Shown: positions 27,285 to 40,250 of the stretch, in pieces | How positions within the stretch are numbered: the stretch's first letter is position 1 | Layout of the letters: each line of letters starts with the position of its first letter | Assembly (NCBI GenBank): GCA_964199315.1 | Contig: OZ116707.1 | Span: forward strand, 4,650,001 to 4,714,000 | DNA from: Orbicella franksi | Lineage: Eukaryota | DNA length: 64,000 bases | Direction: 5' to 3' | Notes under the pieces: model-generated | Seen by the model: only the letters and a program-made list of their open reading frames with translations | Told to the model about the DNA's origin: nothing | Databases searched by the model: none | Position numbers and translations under genes: made by a program

Positions 27285-27662
27285 CTTGTCGAGGTTCCAT
27301 GCTGAGCATCGAGGGTAATATTTTTTATTAAATGGCATGTTTTTTCGGAGGAATTTTTTTTTTATCCTAGGCTCGATTTCTGCCACTCAGTTGAGTCCGG
27401 TCTACATGTTCCTCCCCGATTTGGTCAAATGTCCCCTAAACATGATGGCAATTCATATCTTTCTTTATCTTTCTCGCTGTAGCAAAAATGTTTGTGATAC
27501 GAATTACGATCACGTTAGCGGACATGAAAGACATTAAAATATTTTAATGAAATCGGCAGAAATAGAGCCCACCACAAAGATTAAAAAAAACAGAAAAAAC
27601 ATGCCATTTGATAAAAAAAATCCTCGACCCTCGACATGGACCGGCGACAAAAAGATAGACTC
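27285..27662. mobile_element. MITE-like fold-back repeat
   Basis: Left TCGAGGG..TTAAATGGCATGTTTTTTC..GGCTCGATTTCTGCC mirrors right GGCAGAAATAGAGCC..GAAAAAACATGCCATTTGA..CCCTCGA. Confidence 0.5.
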
Positions 27663-28211
27663 CCTACACACTGTTGCCGTTTGTTACCAGTTGACTTAGT
27701 AGGCAGTTAGTAATAAGATATTAAGGTGTTTCCTGGTGCTTTTTCAAGAATTTTCGTTTAAAATTTAGTATAAAAGCAATCCATGAACTTATTTTTCATA
27801 GCTGGGTGTCCCCACTAGTAATACTGCCCATAGTCTGAGGTACCTTTTCTTCAATTGCAACCAATCAGAATGGCTGGATTTTATAACATGCCTTTTACCA
27901 ATGTAGCAAGGAAGCCATCTTCAGAATGCTTGTCCCTTAATATGGTAGAGCCAAAGAGAAGTTTCATGGATATTGCAAGGGCGATTCGTCATTGCACATA
28001 GGCATATATGTAGGTCGAACCAGAATCGTGTGAGGTACTACCTCTTGGAGAAAATAAGCAATTACACAAGGACATGAATACATAGTTGATTCACTAAAAA
28101 GGCACGACACGCAAAAATGTAAGTCAAACGAAGTCAGAGTTAAACTTTATTTTCTCTTTTTATTTTTTGTATTGTTTCTTTCATTGTTAATCAATTTTAT
28201 AGAAAAACAGC

Positions 28212-29325
28212 ACATACATACATACATACTTTATTTGCAACTCCCCAAAGGGGCTTTTCATTACAAAAGGAATAAAAAAGATAAAAATACGTCAATTAAA
28301 ATGAATAAACAAAATGGGAAAAAAGTCTAAAATTAATTACAGTATTAAAGATTTAAAAATTTACAAAGTTTAAAATTGAATATTAAGAATTTACATTATT
28401 AACATTTAAAATATGTTTGATCAAGTGTCCCTTAAAAGCTTTCACAGAAGTTAAACTTTTCAAATCATCACTCAGCTCATTCCAGATTTTTGCTCCGCGA
28501 TATGCAAATGATCTTTGTCCGGTAGCCAGTCGGCAACGTGGAATGTTTAAGTCATTACTCTGTCTGGTGTTTCTTGTAGCGATATGAGATCTGAAAATGA
28601 ATTTATCAATCAAGTAGTCTGGAACAAGATTATGAATACATTTGAAAGTCATCACAGTGTCATTTATGTAGAGTCTGTCACTGACCTGCAGCCAATTCAA
28701 GGATTTGATGCCTTGTGAGATATGGTTGTACTTCTGGAGTCCCAATACAATAGGTGCAGCAAAATTTTGCAACAACTGTAATTTCTTGATGTTAGACTTG
28801 CTTGTGTTCGACCAGACTGTAGAACAGTAGAACAGCTTACTGAAAATAAAAGAATCCATAAGTAGAAGCAATGTCTTCTTATCCAATAAATGCTTTATCC
28901 TGTTTATTTCTATCAGTTTGTGCATGCAGTTAGAAGCTGTTTTTGTAACGTGATCGCTGTAAGTTAAAGATTGATCGAGATAAAGACCAAGGTCTTTGGC
29001 GACAACGACGGGGTTGATTTCTTTTCCAAGCATTAAGACAGGTACTGAAGGCAATTGGTGGAGAAGTTGCTGCACGCCAATAAACAGGACTTTGGTTTTG
29101 TCCGGGTTAATTAGAAGAGAATTTTTGCAGCACCAGACACAGATATTTTTTACATCCTCATTCAAATTGTCGATTGCAGTAGTTATATTAGTTGAAGGAA
29201 AAGACAAACAGAGTTTGTTATTGTCAACATAACGGGCAGATTTGCAGCGTAGAGGGACAGACAACAGGTCATTTACGTAGATAGTGAACAGAACTGGTCC
29301 CAGAATTGATCCCTGGGAGACACCA
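28212..29325 (-). mobile_element. 5'-truncated L2/CR1-clade LINE
   Basis: RT motifs GVSQGSILGPVLFTIYVNDL and YVDN (YADD-like), LINPDKTK, and C-terminal RxSFAYRGAKIWN; 3' end has CCCC-AAA-GGGG stem-loop, AATAAA and a (GTAT)n tail at 28212-28229. Confidence 0.85.
28383..29325 (-). pseudogene. Reverse transcriptase C-terminal part of LINE ORF2
   Basis: Open frame in the ORF track (28383-29378); homology begins at the GV(S)QGS motif. Confidence 0.8.
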
Positions 29326-32300
29326 GGAGGAGAAAAAAACAAAGCTCGTATTTCACCTGTAAGACCTCCAGAAACCAAAATATGTTGGCCGATTTAGTAG
29401 AAGAACTTGGCAATTGGTACTGGATATAGAGGGTGGTGCCACCTGTGGCTCTTCAAGTTCCAAATCTACTCCTGTTATCAACACCTAATTCTTTAAGTGG
29501 CTCAATGCGTCAACCCCAGAAGAAGAAATCTATAAAACTCTTTTGTCCTTACAAGCTGGTGAAGTTTTGGTTGAGGGTTTCATCAAACAGAAGGTGGTGA
29601 TGCCATAAACCCATTTTCTTCATTCTTGTGCAACTTTTTCAGTGTCTTTTTTCTTAAATGTTGTTGTGGAGCTAATTTTTTGTAATTTTTGGTACATGCT
29701 TATAAAGAATGATTCAAGGCATGATCTAAGGAGCATTTTTTAATCAGGCCGCAAGGGCTGCTGAGTCCAAAGAAGACGAAGACCACTCAATAAATGAGAA
29801 GTGGGCAAAAGAGAAAAAAACACTGGTAAGTACCTTTGGTAGATTATCAGATGGTGCAATTTTAAGAGTTAATATTTTGATTTAGTTTGCTGACAAAGTG
29901 TAAAACTGAATTGAATCTTGATTCTGATCCTAGTGAAATGAAACAATCAGCAAGATCTAGGGAAAAAAACAAAATTTCATGATGTTATACGCTTAAGGGT
30001 TAACAAACCATCACAGTCAACACCTATTAACATTAATGCAACGTTTTCTAGTTAATTTGACTAAAAATTTTGTGTGCTTCTGTAATAAAAAAAGACATTG
30101 CATTTTAAATGTATTAAACACTATTACAATAGGTCGACCAAGTAGAAGAGCTTAGAACGAATCTCAAGACTGAAAAAGACCTCAACAGAGCAAATGTCAA
30201 AATGGTAAGTGTCCCTGTAATCAAACACAGTTTACTTAGTACATATACTAAAGTTTCTGAAATACTAGTTGGCTTAACCACTGGATTGCATTAGTTAATT
30301 CAAGGGACGCCATAAGATATATACCTGTGTAATAACACATGAAAAAATTACTCCTGAAAAAGACAAACAAAGGTTGAACCATTATTTTGGCTGGAAGCAA
30401 AATTGTCAATAATCACTTTAGTAATTGTGTCTGTGTTTAGCAAAAAAAGCATGAAACGGAACTGAACACGAAGATTCAACGTTTGGAAAAGGAGGTGAAA
30501 GACAGAAGAGAAACAACGTTTCAGATCAGAATTGTATTTATGGTCTTATTACGAGATTGTTATTTTCTTTTGTATCTGTGGTATTATATATATGTTATAT
30601 TATAATTATTGTAGCGAATATCAGAATACCAGTCTCTAAAGGCAGAAATGGAGGAGCAACTCCAGCAAAAAGATGAAAAAATAGCATCATTGTCAAAGGT
30701 ACAGCACTTTGTGACTGTCCGATTGGTCTACCCGTACGAAATTATTAGGCCTAATAGAGCCAAAATCAGGCCTAACAAAGGCCTGAAAACGTACATAAAA
30801 GGTTTCAAGGGTCTTACAAGAACCAAAATTCAGCCCAACAACTTTTTGTTAGGCTCACAGCTAGAGAGGCTAACAAAAACAAGGGTAATGTTAGGTTGCT
30901 TGTTAGCCTTTGGTAACCCTAACAAGAGCCTTAAAAAAGAGGATCGTTGTTAGGGTTTTGTGGTCCATCCGAAATTAACCGAGTGTTAAGCAAAATATTT
31001 TTGGCTGTGAGAAATGTAAACCCTAACCTAACAATTTGCCAAACATAAGCCTTACTTTCGTAACGCTCTGGCATTATCGTGATGTTTTGATCTGGCGTAC
31101 ATTCTAATTTTAACCGCATGCACAATTTTCCCAGGCTGTATGAAGATGAACCTTCTTGCACAATATATAAAAATCGTAAAATAAATTCTACATTATAGGC
31201 TTACCAGCGATCAAATGACTTAGCCATCGCAATGGTAACTGGGCCAGTAAATGGCAAAGACTCTTCCTCCGAAGACGATTTAATTCATGACCATCTTTTT
31301 CCTGATGATTTTGAAAGCGATTGTTGGATATCCGAAAGTAGGCAAGAGTCGATCGACTTAAGATCCACAATGAACAGCAGTACATGTATATGAATGTTCA
31401 AGTAGCCGAACTTGTCCATTTCTAGAACATAATCCAGTAATCAAGTAGTGTCTGCATGCTTTGAGTACTGTCGTTGCATGAACATGATAATACTCATAAC
31501 ATGCGGGGTCAGGGTCACTACGTGATTGAAAAGTAAGACGTCTCCACGCCAGGTAATTGTTCGGTAACAGGATGCCTGTTGTTTTCTCATTGAACGTTTT
31601 GGGAAAAGGCGACGACAGTTGTGAATTAATGTTGCAGTCAGATTTGCACTAGAATCATGCTTGAGATCGGTGTGTACTGGTGTGTACTGCTTGAGCTGTG
31701 CTAAATAATGAACATTTGTTTTCTTACGGGATTTGACCAATAGCACAGCACTAGTTTTGATAGCTTGACATGTGTGAATTCTTCAGGGCATCAGAGTTTC
31801 ACAACTCCACACGGGCAGTTGAGTCTTGTTTCTCCCTTAACAAATCGTAAAGAGAAAAGATCACACTCCACCGAATCCCGTCATTGATTCAGTTGCCAAG
31901 ATCGTTCAGTTTGCATACTTTGCAAGTGCATATGAGCAAAATTTAACAGCGTCAATGTGGTTGTTGTCGCTGTGTTTCTTCTCGTGACGCAATCAATACA
32001 ACATGAAAAACATAAGCAACAAAAAGCGAACATCCATCGCTCACGTACGCGTCCTTTATTATAGAGTACAGTCTAAAATACTCAACACAATGATTGTTTA
32101 CGTTAAACTCATTTCCACACTTTATTAAAGTTGTACGTTAACAGAAAAGTAACGGGAGAAATTAAATACCTTACTTAGTTTACAGCCAGGTGGGTCTTGT
32201 CAACATGACAGTTTTAAAAACAACTAAAACATGTACCGCCAAAAGATAAACAATTATCAGCTTCAAGATCACGAACGTGTCATGCATACTACTATGGCTC

Positions 32301-34477
32301 TACATCTGGTTGCCAAAACCATGACAAATTACAAAAGGCCACTTACATCACGACTTCACCAGAAGCACGTGTTATATTTACAGCTTTTGAGCATAACAAC
32401 AGTTATAAAACATGCTTCTTATGAGTGACTGCACTTTGAGCCTTGTTTGAAACTACATGTATTCACTACTATTCTATATAAACAACTGCTATAAGTACAC
32501 CCGCCAAAAATCTTTATTTACACAAGGGGTTTGTTTTTGTAAATTCAACTTTAAGTTTTAAGCAATTAAAATTTGAGAATAATCACTCAGCGACCACATC
32601 TGTTTCGATACTTTTTCTCTCGAAATGCTAACCAGGCTTGCATTTTGCGAGCACTGTGTAAATTCTGAACCTTGTGAATAAACGGCATTATAGAGAATAT
32701 GTATTTCTTTGAAAATAGTTAAAACGACTTGTCAACTTTAGTCGGTCTCCAATTTGTTGGGAAACTAGCACACATAAGCCCGGCTAAGATCATCTTTAAA
32801 CTGATAAATATACAATTCGATGAGATGCTTTTAATATCAACTGATATGAGTCTGGTTCGGTCCGTCTGTGAGACAACGTTAATATGTGTAGAGTTGTCAT
32901 AACTCTCGCAGTACAGAGGGTAGCACAATGCAAAATCTAGAACATTTTCGAAGAAGTCAGCAATCTGAATAAAACATTTTACCTGAGCAAAACTGTACCC
33001 CTTGCCATCGAAGTATTTGATCGTGGAACAATTCCTCCTTGTTAAGCACTTGTAGTCTAATCCAAATGTAAAACCCATTTATCGTGCGCCGAACAAAGGA
33101 GGTTACGTTGACAGTGTGCGGGGCACATTGAAAGAATTCAGCTACTGCCAAGAATTCTTCATTTAGTTCGCGTTTTTGCGGGGCTCCCAAAGCAAAAATA
33201 CCAGGTGCAAGTTCACAAGCTCTTTTAGGGGAGTATCTGCTTAAAAGGTCGCAATATAAGTTGTCTGCCTCTACGTGATGAAGGATGTATCTTGTACACA
33301 TTTCTGGTAGCTTTTGTGTGAAGGACACAGCTGATATTTGTCTGTCTATCTACTGTGTCCCATTAATAAATTTCAAAATAAAACCATTCTTATCCTCAAA
33401 ATGAAAACAGCTGTGAGTGAAAAGTGGTCCCAAGTCATGTACATTATCAACTAAGTGCAACAGCTGGTGAATGTTCATAGTAGTGAAATGTGCCGCCTAA
33501 ATGGCGGGAAAACTGGAACAAAAACTAAACAGCAAATTTTTGGCTTCACCGAGATCTGATTCACTTATTGAGTCTTTCAACAACAATTGTATGGCATTTA
33601 CGAGTAGAAGGTAATGCTGAAAGTAGTCTTCAGAAAGAATACCATACAAAGCGGGAGCTCCATAAAACAACAGAAATGAACGTAGTTCACTCGCTTTCCT
33701 GTGTTTTTAAGTGTTCAGATACTGACCTTGGCATTCTCCTTATTTCTTAAGTTGGAAGGATTTCGTTTAGTCGATCATCTAAAACTCCAACTAAGTGCCG
33801 AAAACTGAAGGGCTCTTTAGAATAGGTGTCGCCAAACCACAACTTCAAAAGAAGTTTCTGAACGCCTAATAGAACTCCGTGCATATAGTCTATTCCCATT
33901 CCCACAACAACGTCAAAATTCTCCAGAAATAAAAGCCAGGATGGCCCCTTTACTCCTTTTACTGCATATTGTTTCTGGCCAGATTGAAGGTTCCTCAATG
34001 CTTCATAAGAGTGCTTTGTAGTATCCTGTTTATTTTGCAATGGGCCCTTCGGATTATCCCTTACATACGGAAATATTTTTGTATGGCCTTGAATACCAAT
34101 TTTTTCTGTTCTTCCTTGTTGAAAGCATTTCCAACAGCCATATTCTCCATTAAACTGTAGGCTGTTACACACCAAACACCTGGCAGGAAGATCACAACTC
34201 CCAGCTAGAAGAACAGCTCTACATAAAAACTTGCCTCTTTCTGAAGACTCTACTGTAATACCCTTGTCCATTAACAGAAAACTAAGTTCTTCATACAAGG
34301 GTTTCAGAAAAGTTGCCATAGTGGGCTTTTTGTCCCTGAACCAGCGCCCTGCAAAAATCATGTTTCCTTTTGCCATCCTTTTCTCATACAGTAGTTCATT
34401 GATCACCAGAAATAAAGGCCATATTGAAACTTTTGAAGATTTAGAAACTGGTGCTCCATCCGTATTAAAAAGGAAGG

Positions 34478-34604
34478 TGTTACGATATGTAAATTTCTGT
34501 AGCTGTAATTGTCAGCAGACTTTCTGCCGTACATATAAATTATGTATTTTGAATCGTTAGTTTAGTCTTCTACCGTTAGCTGAGCGAATAAAAGCTTTGA
34601 AACA
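34478..34604 (+). repeat. 5' LTR (127 bp)
   Basis: Starts TGTTA, contains AATAAA, ends GAAACA and is immediately followed by the PBS. Confidence 0.8.
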
Positions 34605-34615
34605 TGGTGTCAGGA
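34605..34615 (+). promoter_or_regulatory. Primer-binding site (TGGTGTCAGGA, compatible with a tRNA-Leu 3' end)
   Basis: TGG-initiated motif directly after the LTR CA; the tRNA identity is from memory of tRNA-Leu 3' ends. Confidence 0.65.
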
Positions 34616-34640
34616 TAAAAAATCGTCGCATAACTACAAG

Positions 34641-35555
34641 ATGTCAGGCGACGAGGGAACTATGGCGACAAATACAACTAATACAGCGTCCATTGGAAGT
34701 GCACAAATGCAGCAAATGTCTTCTTTGCTGAGTGGAATACCAATGCCGAAACCGTTAAATCTTGACAACGTTGCCGCTAACTGGAAAAAATTTAAAAGAG
34801 CCTGGGATAATTACGCCGTAGTTGTGAGGCTCCAGCAGTGCAACGAAGAATATAAGACTGCAACTTTTCTTTCTGTGATCGGTGAAGAAGCTCTTGAAAT
34901 TTATGAAGGTATGACATTTAACCCACCCGAAAGTTCGAAAGTACTCGACTCTGTTGTTCAAAAATTTGAGGAATATTGCATCAGACAAACCAATGAGACC
35001 TTCAAGCGGTATTTATTTAACTCCAGATCACAGAAAGAGGATGAAAGTATTGATCACTATGTATTGGCACTTAGAACACTTGCGAAGTCGTGTAATTTTT
35101 GTCAGTGTTTACATGATTCACTTATATGTGATAGAATAGTGTTTGGCGTTAAAGAGCCTGCCTTGAGAAAGAAGCTGTTGCAAGAAAGACAACTCACTCT
35201 AGAAAAAGCAATCGACATCTGCAAAAGCGGAGAAACAACTGCACAGCATTTAAAGGATCTCGCCACAGCTACAGATCCGAATGAAATACATGCTTTGAAA
35301 CATCGCAACAAAAAAAAACAAGATTACCGGAAGACCCAAGAGATTCAAAGGGTGCCAACAAATGCAAGTACTGTGGAGGAAATCACGTGCTCAAGAGGGA
35401 AAAATGTCCGGCCTATGGAAAGACTCGTGGAAAGTGCGGAAAAAGTAATCACTTCGCTAGAGTGTGTAAGCAGTGTGGACGAAGGAAAAAACCGGTCAAC
35501 ACAGTCTCAGTCTCTTCCAGTGACTCTGGTGAATCACTGTTTACAATTCAATTAA
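34641..35555 (+). CDS. Gypsy Gag-like ORF (frameshifted near the zinc knuckle)
   Basis: NWKKFKRAW, ETFKRYLFNSRSQKEDESIDHY, LICDRIVFG and LTLEKAIDIC motifs typical of Mag-like Gypsy Gag. Confidence 0.8.
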   Translation: MSGDEGTMATNTTNTASIGSAQMQQMSSLLSGIPMPKPLNLDNVAANWKKFKRAWDNYAVVVRLQQCNEEYKTATFLSVIGEEALEIYEGMTFNPPESSKVLDSVVQKFEEYCIRQTNETFKRYLFNSRSQKEDESIDHYVLALRTLAKSCNFCQCLHDSLICDRIVFGVKEPALRKKLLQERQLTLEKAIDICKSGETTAQHLKDLATATDPNEIHALKHRNKKKQDYRKTQEIQRVPTNASTVEEITCSRGKNVRPMERLVESAEKVITSLECVSSVDEGKNRSTQSQSLPVTLVNHCLQFN

Positions 35556-38500
35556 CTCCAGAAGTCGACTCAATGCACGTGATACAGAGCAACATCCCAT
35601 CAAAGATTACTGCGGCTATGAAATTAAAGGGAGGACCCAAAATTAATTTCCAAATCGACACCGGAGCAATGTGTGATGTACTCAAGCTAAGCTCCATCAA
35701 AAGAATGAAGTATGCTAATAGGATCATGCCCACAATTCACGTCCTAAAAATGTACGCCTCTACGCCCAGGCCGCTTGGAAAGTGCAAGGTACAACTCACG
35801 AATTCCAGGGATAAAAGGAAGTACAAAGTTAACTTTACCATTGTAGAGGATGAACACTGTGTCAATCTGATCGGGAGTAAAACTGCCCAGCAACTGCAGT
35901 TAATTACAATCAGAAATGATAAGATCAAGCTGTTTTCCGAACCTGCAGAGTGCACTTCTACAGCAAATGTAGATGTGAACCTGACAAGTAGCCGACAGTT
36001 TGAAGGACTTACCCTGGAACACATGTGCTCCCAGTACAAAGATGCTTTTGATGGCCTTGGCAATCTGGGAACTTCATTGCGACTTGAAGTTGATGAAACG
36101 GTTAAACCTGTCCAACAACCGTTAAGAAGAGTGCCTGAAGCTTTAAGAAGCCCGCTTAAAGAATACCTTGACAATCTGGAAGCTAGAGGTGTTATCGAGA
36201 AAGTTGAGAGGCTGACTGAATGGGTAAATTCCATGATGACCGCAAGGAAGGCTAACGGTAACCTTCTCCTTTGCCTGTACCCTAAGCCCTTGAACAAAGC
36301 GTTAAAGAGATGTCATTTCCCTATGCGAGTCATTGAAGACATACTGCCAGAGTTGGGCAAGGCCAAAATCTTTACTAAAATCAACTGCAAATATGGTTAT
36401 TGGCAAATAAAGCTTACAGAAGAGAGTTCACTGCTTACGACCTTCGCCACACCCTTTGGCAGATACAAATGGAATTGTATGCCCTTTGAGATTTCACCCG
36501 CTAGTGAAATATTGCACCTCCGTTTACATGAAACTGTTGAAGGCCTTGACGGAGTATATGCAATAGCAGATGACATCCTTGTAGCAGGCAATGGAGATAC
36601 TATGAAGGATGTGATAGCAGATCATGACCTCAAAATTAAGAAGCTGTTGAGGCGACGCCAAGAACGTAACATTAAGCTAAACAAGCAAAAAGTCGCTTTT
36701 AAGCAAACAGAGGTACCCTACATCAGACATCTCCTGACCTCAGAGGGAATAAAGGCAGACCTGTCCAAGGTTGAAGCAGTACTAAGGATGGAGAGGCCGA
36801 CTGATGTAACTGGTGTTCAGCAGATTATGGGCACCGTGGGTTACCTAGCAAAGTTCCTGCCGAGATTATCTGAGGTCTTACAGCCTCTCAGACAGCTCAC
36901 CAAGAAGGGAACAGAATTTTTATGGGACGAGATCCATGATAGAACATTCAGCAGGATCAAAGAGATGGTGACAGCCCCACCACTGCTTAAGTACTATGAG
37001 CGAGAGAAGGACCTAGTCATTCAGTGTGATGCAAGCGAAGGGGGCCTGGGAACCGCATTACTTCAAGATGGAAGGCCGCTGACATACGCAAGCAGAGCCC
37101 TGACTGCAGCTGAGAGGAACTACGCCCAAATAGAAAAAGAGCTCCTTGCAATTGTGTTCTCAACAGAGAGCTTTCACCAGTATACGTATGGGAGATCGGT
37201 AATTGTCGAGTCAGACCATAACCCCTAGAAACAATTCTTGCCAAGCCACTGGTCTCTGCTCCTAAGAGATTACAGAGGATGATCTTGAGGCTGCAACGTT
37301 ATGATCTGGACGTGCGATACAAGAAAGGAAGTGAGCTGCATCTCGCAGACACCTTGAGTTGGTACTACCCCAAGTTGGCAGAAGCAACTCAAGATCAGAG
37401 AGAACATAGCCTGTTCGCAAGATCTGCCTTTGAAGAGGGACTGGAAGTCAAGCAAGACGTTCAAGAAATAAACCACTTGCTGGTGAGCGAGCACGAAGCA
37501 GAAATGTTCCGCGTAGAGACTAAGAACGATTAAGTTTTGCAAGCTTTGAAGGCCATAGTGCAGTCTGGGTGGCCAGCAGAAAAGAGAGAGCTACCTCCAA
37601 CAGTGGCGATATACTATGATAGCCGTGATGAATTAGTAATTCAGGATGGTCTACTCTTCAGAGGAGACAGGCTTGTGGTCCCTAAGACCCTTCGAAAGCG
37701 CATGTTTCAGACATTGCACTCCAGCCATCAAGGAATAGAATCGACGCTGAGGCGCATCAGAGAAACAATTTATTGGCCCAATATGAAGAGTGATATAAAA
37801 GATTTCACCTCAAAGTGTAAAACGTGTGCATCCTACAACACAAGACAGCAGAACGAGACGTTCATCAGTCAAAACGTTCCAGATCGCACTTGGGCCAAAA
37901 TTTCCACCGACCTGTTCAACTTAAACGGCCAGAGTTACATGGTGACCGTAGATTATTTCTCCGGTTTCTTTGAGATCGACAGGTTGTATGACCTGAAGGT
38001 TTCCACTGTCATCAGGAAACTGAAGTCACATATGGCACGATATGGGATTCCAGATGAAGTTGTGTCGGACAGTGGTTTGTAGTACACAAGTCGAGAGTTC
38101 AAAAACTTCACCAAGGAGTACGGTTTCAATCACGTGACAACAAGTCCCTACCACCATCAGTCTAATGGTAAAGCTGAGTCTGCTGTCAAGGAAGCAAAGA
38201 AGATCCTCAAAAAAACTGCAGCATCCCAAAGTCACCCTTACCTGGCACTGTTGGCTCATCGTAACACCCCACAGGAAGGATTTGGTACCAGCCCTGCCCA
38301 GCGTCTGTTAAGCAGGAGAACAAAAACAAACCTCCCTACTTCTAGCAACTTGCTGAAACCTAGCATGGCTGAAGACACTCTAGAGAAAGACAAGCTGAGA
38401 AAGTTGAAGCAGAAGCTCTACTATGACAGATCAGCAAACGACCTACAGGACCTTCAGAAAGATGACGTTGTTCAGATGCAACCCTTTCGGCTGAACGAGA

Positions 38501-38859
38501 AAACATGGAGGAAAGCGAAAGTGCTGAAGCCACTGGGCAGAAGATCGTATGTAGTGGAGTCAAATGGTCAGCTCTATATCAGGAATTGGAGACACCTGAA
38601 ACGTTCTGCAGAGGCTGATAGTGTTCCAGCTGAGGAATGGTCAACGCCTTCAAACCACCATGACTCTAAAGTTAAGGATCACCTCGCCAATGAACAGCTC
38701 ACGCTGAAGCCAGTGGCAACGACGAAAGTTAATCAGTCCACGACCACCACTGAGTCAAATAAGGATCAGCCCTTATCGACCACTTCAGTAGACCAAGATC
38801 AAACCATCAAAGATCAGCCCTTGAGACAACAAGTGTCACCTACAGGGTGTGAAAGCTAA
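35387..38859 (+). pseudogene. Gypsy Pol (protease, RT, RNase H, integrase) with stops and frameshifts
   Basis: FQIDTGA (PR), AIADDIL (RT), QCDASEGGLG and YAQIEKELLA (RH), LHSSHQG..CKTC (IN zinc finger), VDYFSG, VSDSG and SNGKAE (IN core). Confidence 0.9.
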
Positions 38860-39015
38860 GTCCATACCAGAAGTGGGAGACTGGTCAAACAGCCTAGACG
38901 TTATACAGATCATGTAACTCTTAAGGTCTAATGAGTGACATTTTAAGAACTGTTAGCGTATAGAGGAACTGATTCTCTTTTTTTTCTGTTTTTTCACTCC
39001 TTTTTTTTTTCTTTT

Positions 39016-39057
39016 GAGGGAAGGATGTTACGACATGTAAATTTACATATCGTAACA
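39016..39057 (+). other. Polypurine tract followed by a 32-bp palindrome replacing the 3' LTR
   Basis: GAGGGAAGGA (39016-39025), then TGTTACGACATGTAAATTTACATATCGTAACA (39026-39057). Confidence 0.9.
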
Positions 39058-40250
39058 GAAGGAAATGTTATCTCCGCTGCTCAATATACCTTTATTTACG
39101 AGATCTTTGTAAAGTTTCCCATCATAAATGTCCTTGATGTTGGAAGGTTCTTTTTTCTTTCTGTTAAAACGATGCTGTAAGGAAGTGTAGAAACTAGGTC
39201 TTTTAAAAAACATCTGCAACTGTTCTGCAATAGGAAAATAAATAAAGAAGCTACGGGCAACTTTCGGTCTCAAATCTCGGAGGCAGGCAGAGTTAGGACA
39301 AAAAGTGACCTGCTGCTATTTACCGGTGTAAAGCAAAAAGAACAGAAGTAATGAAAATTGACTGGACTGTTAAGATTTCAAAAATAAGCTTTGAAACTCT
39401 TTAGCGTAGATGGCAAGTTGTGATTGGGAGGTAAAGCTAAAGAAAGCAGTGTTAGTAAATGCGCAATGGCTTCCCCAGGCAGATGATATTTAACTGTAAA
39501 CAAAGCTAACAAAGTCATCATAGCAGGAATTGTTAGTTGAGACTTGCCACAAATGGGTTGATCGTCTGTGGATTGACTACTCTCAGGGACTGGTATTGAT
39601 GGAATGGGGAAAGTTTGCAAATGTTCGTCATCGTCAAATTCCTCCAACTCATACATACACTCGTCATCATCATTCAGATCATCATTTTCGGTCAGTAACA
39701 CATTAGCGTGAATTTCATCCCACATGCAATCAGCTGCTTTGGCGTTTTCATAATCTTCAGGTGATTCATTCACGACAGAGTGATCTGCATTCAGCAAACT
39801 GCAAAACAACGATGCGTAAATTTCAGCGTATTCCTCCTCAATAGTTCCGGACCCAAGGAAAGCAGTTTCTTCCAAATCTTCATTGATGACCTCAGCTTGT
39901 GTTTCTAAATTGATGACTGTTTCACAGGCAGTAGGTGTTTGTTTCATCTCATCACCTTTACTTGAAGTTGAAGGACTCGGGGATGATCGAGCAAAGCCGA
40001 CAGTTTTCATGGCTTTGAGGGGCACTGAAACTTCTTTAAATTCCTCCTCCTCGACATTGCTTTCCTTTTGTTGTGGTAAATTGAAACGAATGGAAACTTC
40101 TTGAAATCTATCCTGATTATCAGTGGCATTTTTCTGTCTTTTTGGATTATATTCAGCCATAACATTAACCATTTCCATTCAAATAAACTTTTTGCAGTCA
40201 AACGGTGAGGTAGTTTAATTAAACTAGATACTGAGGCAGCTGCATTAAAT

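Larger units (their letters stand above)
34478..39057 (+). mobile_element. Ty3/Gypsy LTR retrotransposon with an aberrant 3' end
   Basis: GAAGG TSD (34473-34477, 39058-39062); TG..CA ends; gag and PR-RT-RH-IN order; PBS and PPT present. Confidence 0.9.
32719..40178 (-). pseudogene. EnSpm/CACTA (Transposase_21-like) transposase, interrupted by Gypsy
   Basis: DIYDGKLY, ISF|LFNTDGAPV (rejoined in frame across the Gypsy TSD), SIWPL, CDLPAR, FNGEYGCWKC and IDYMHGVLLGV motifs. Confidence 0.85.
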
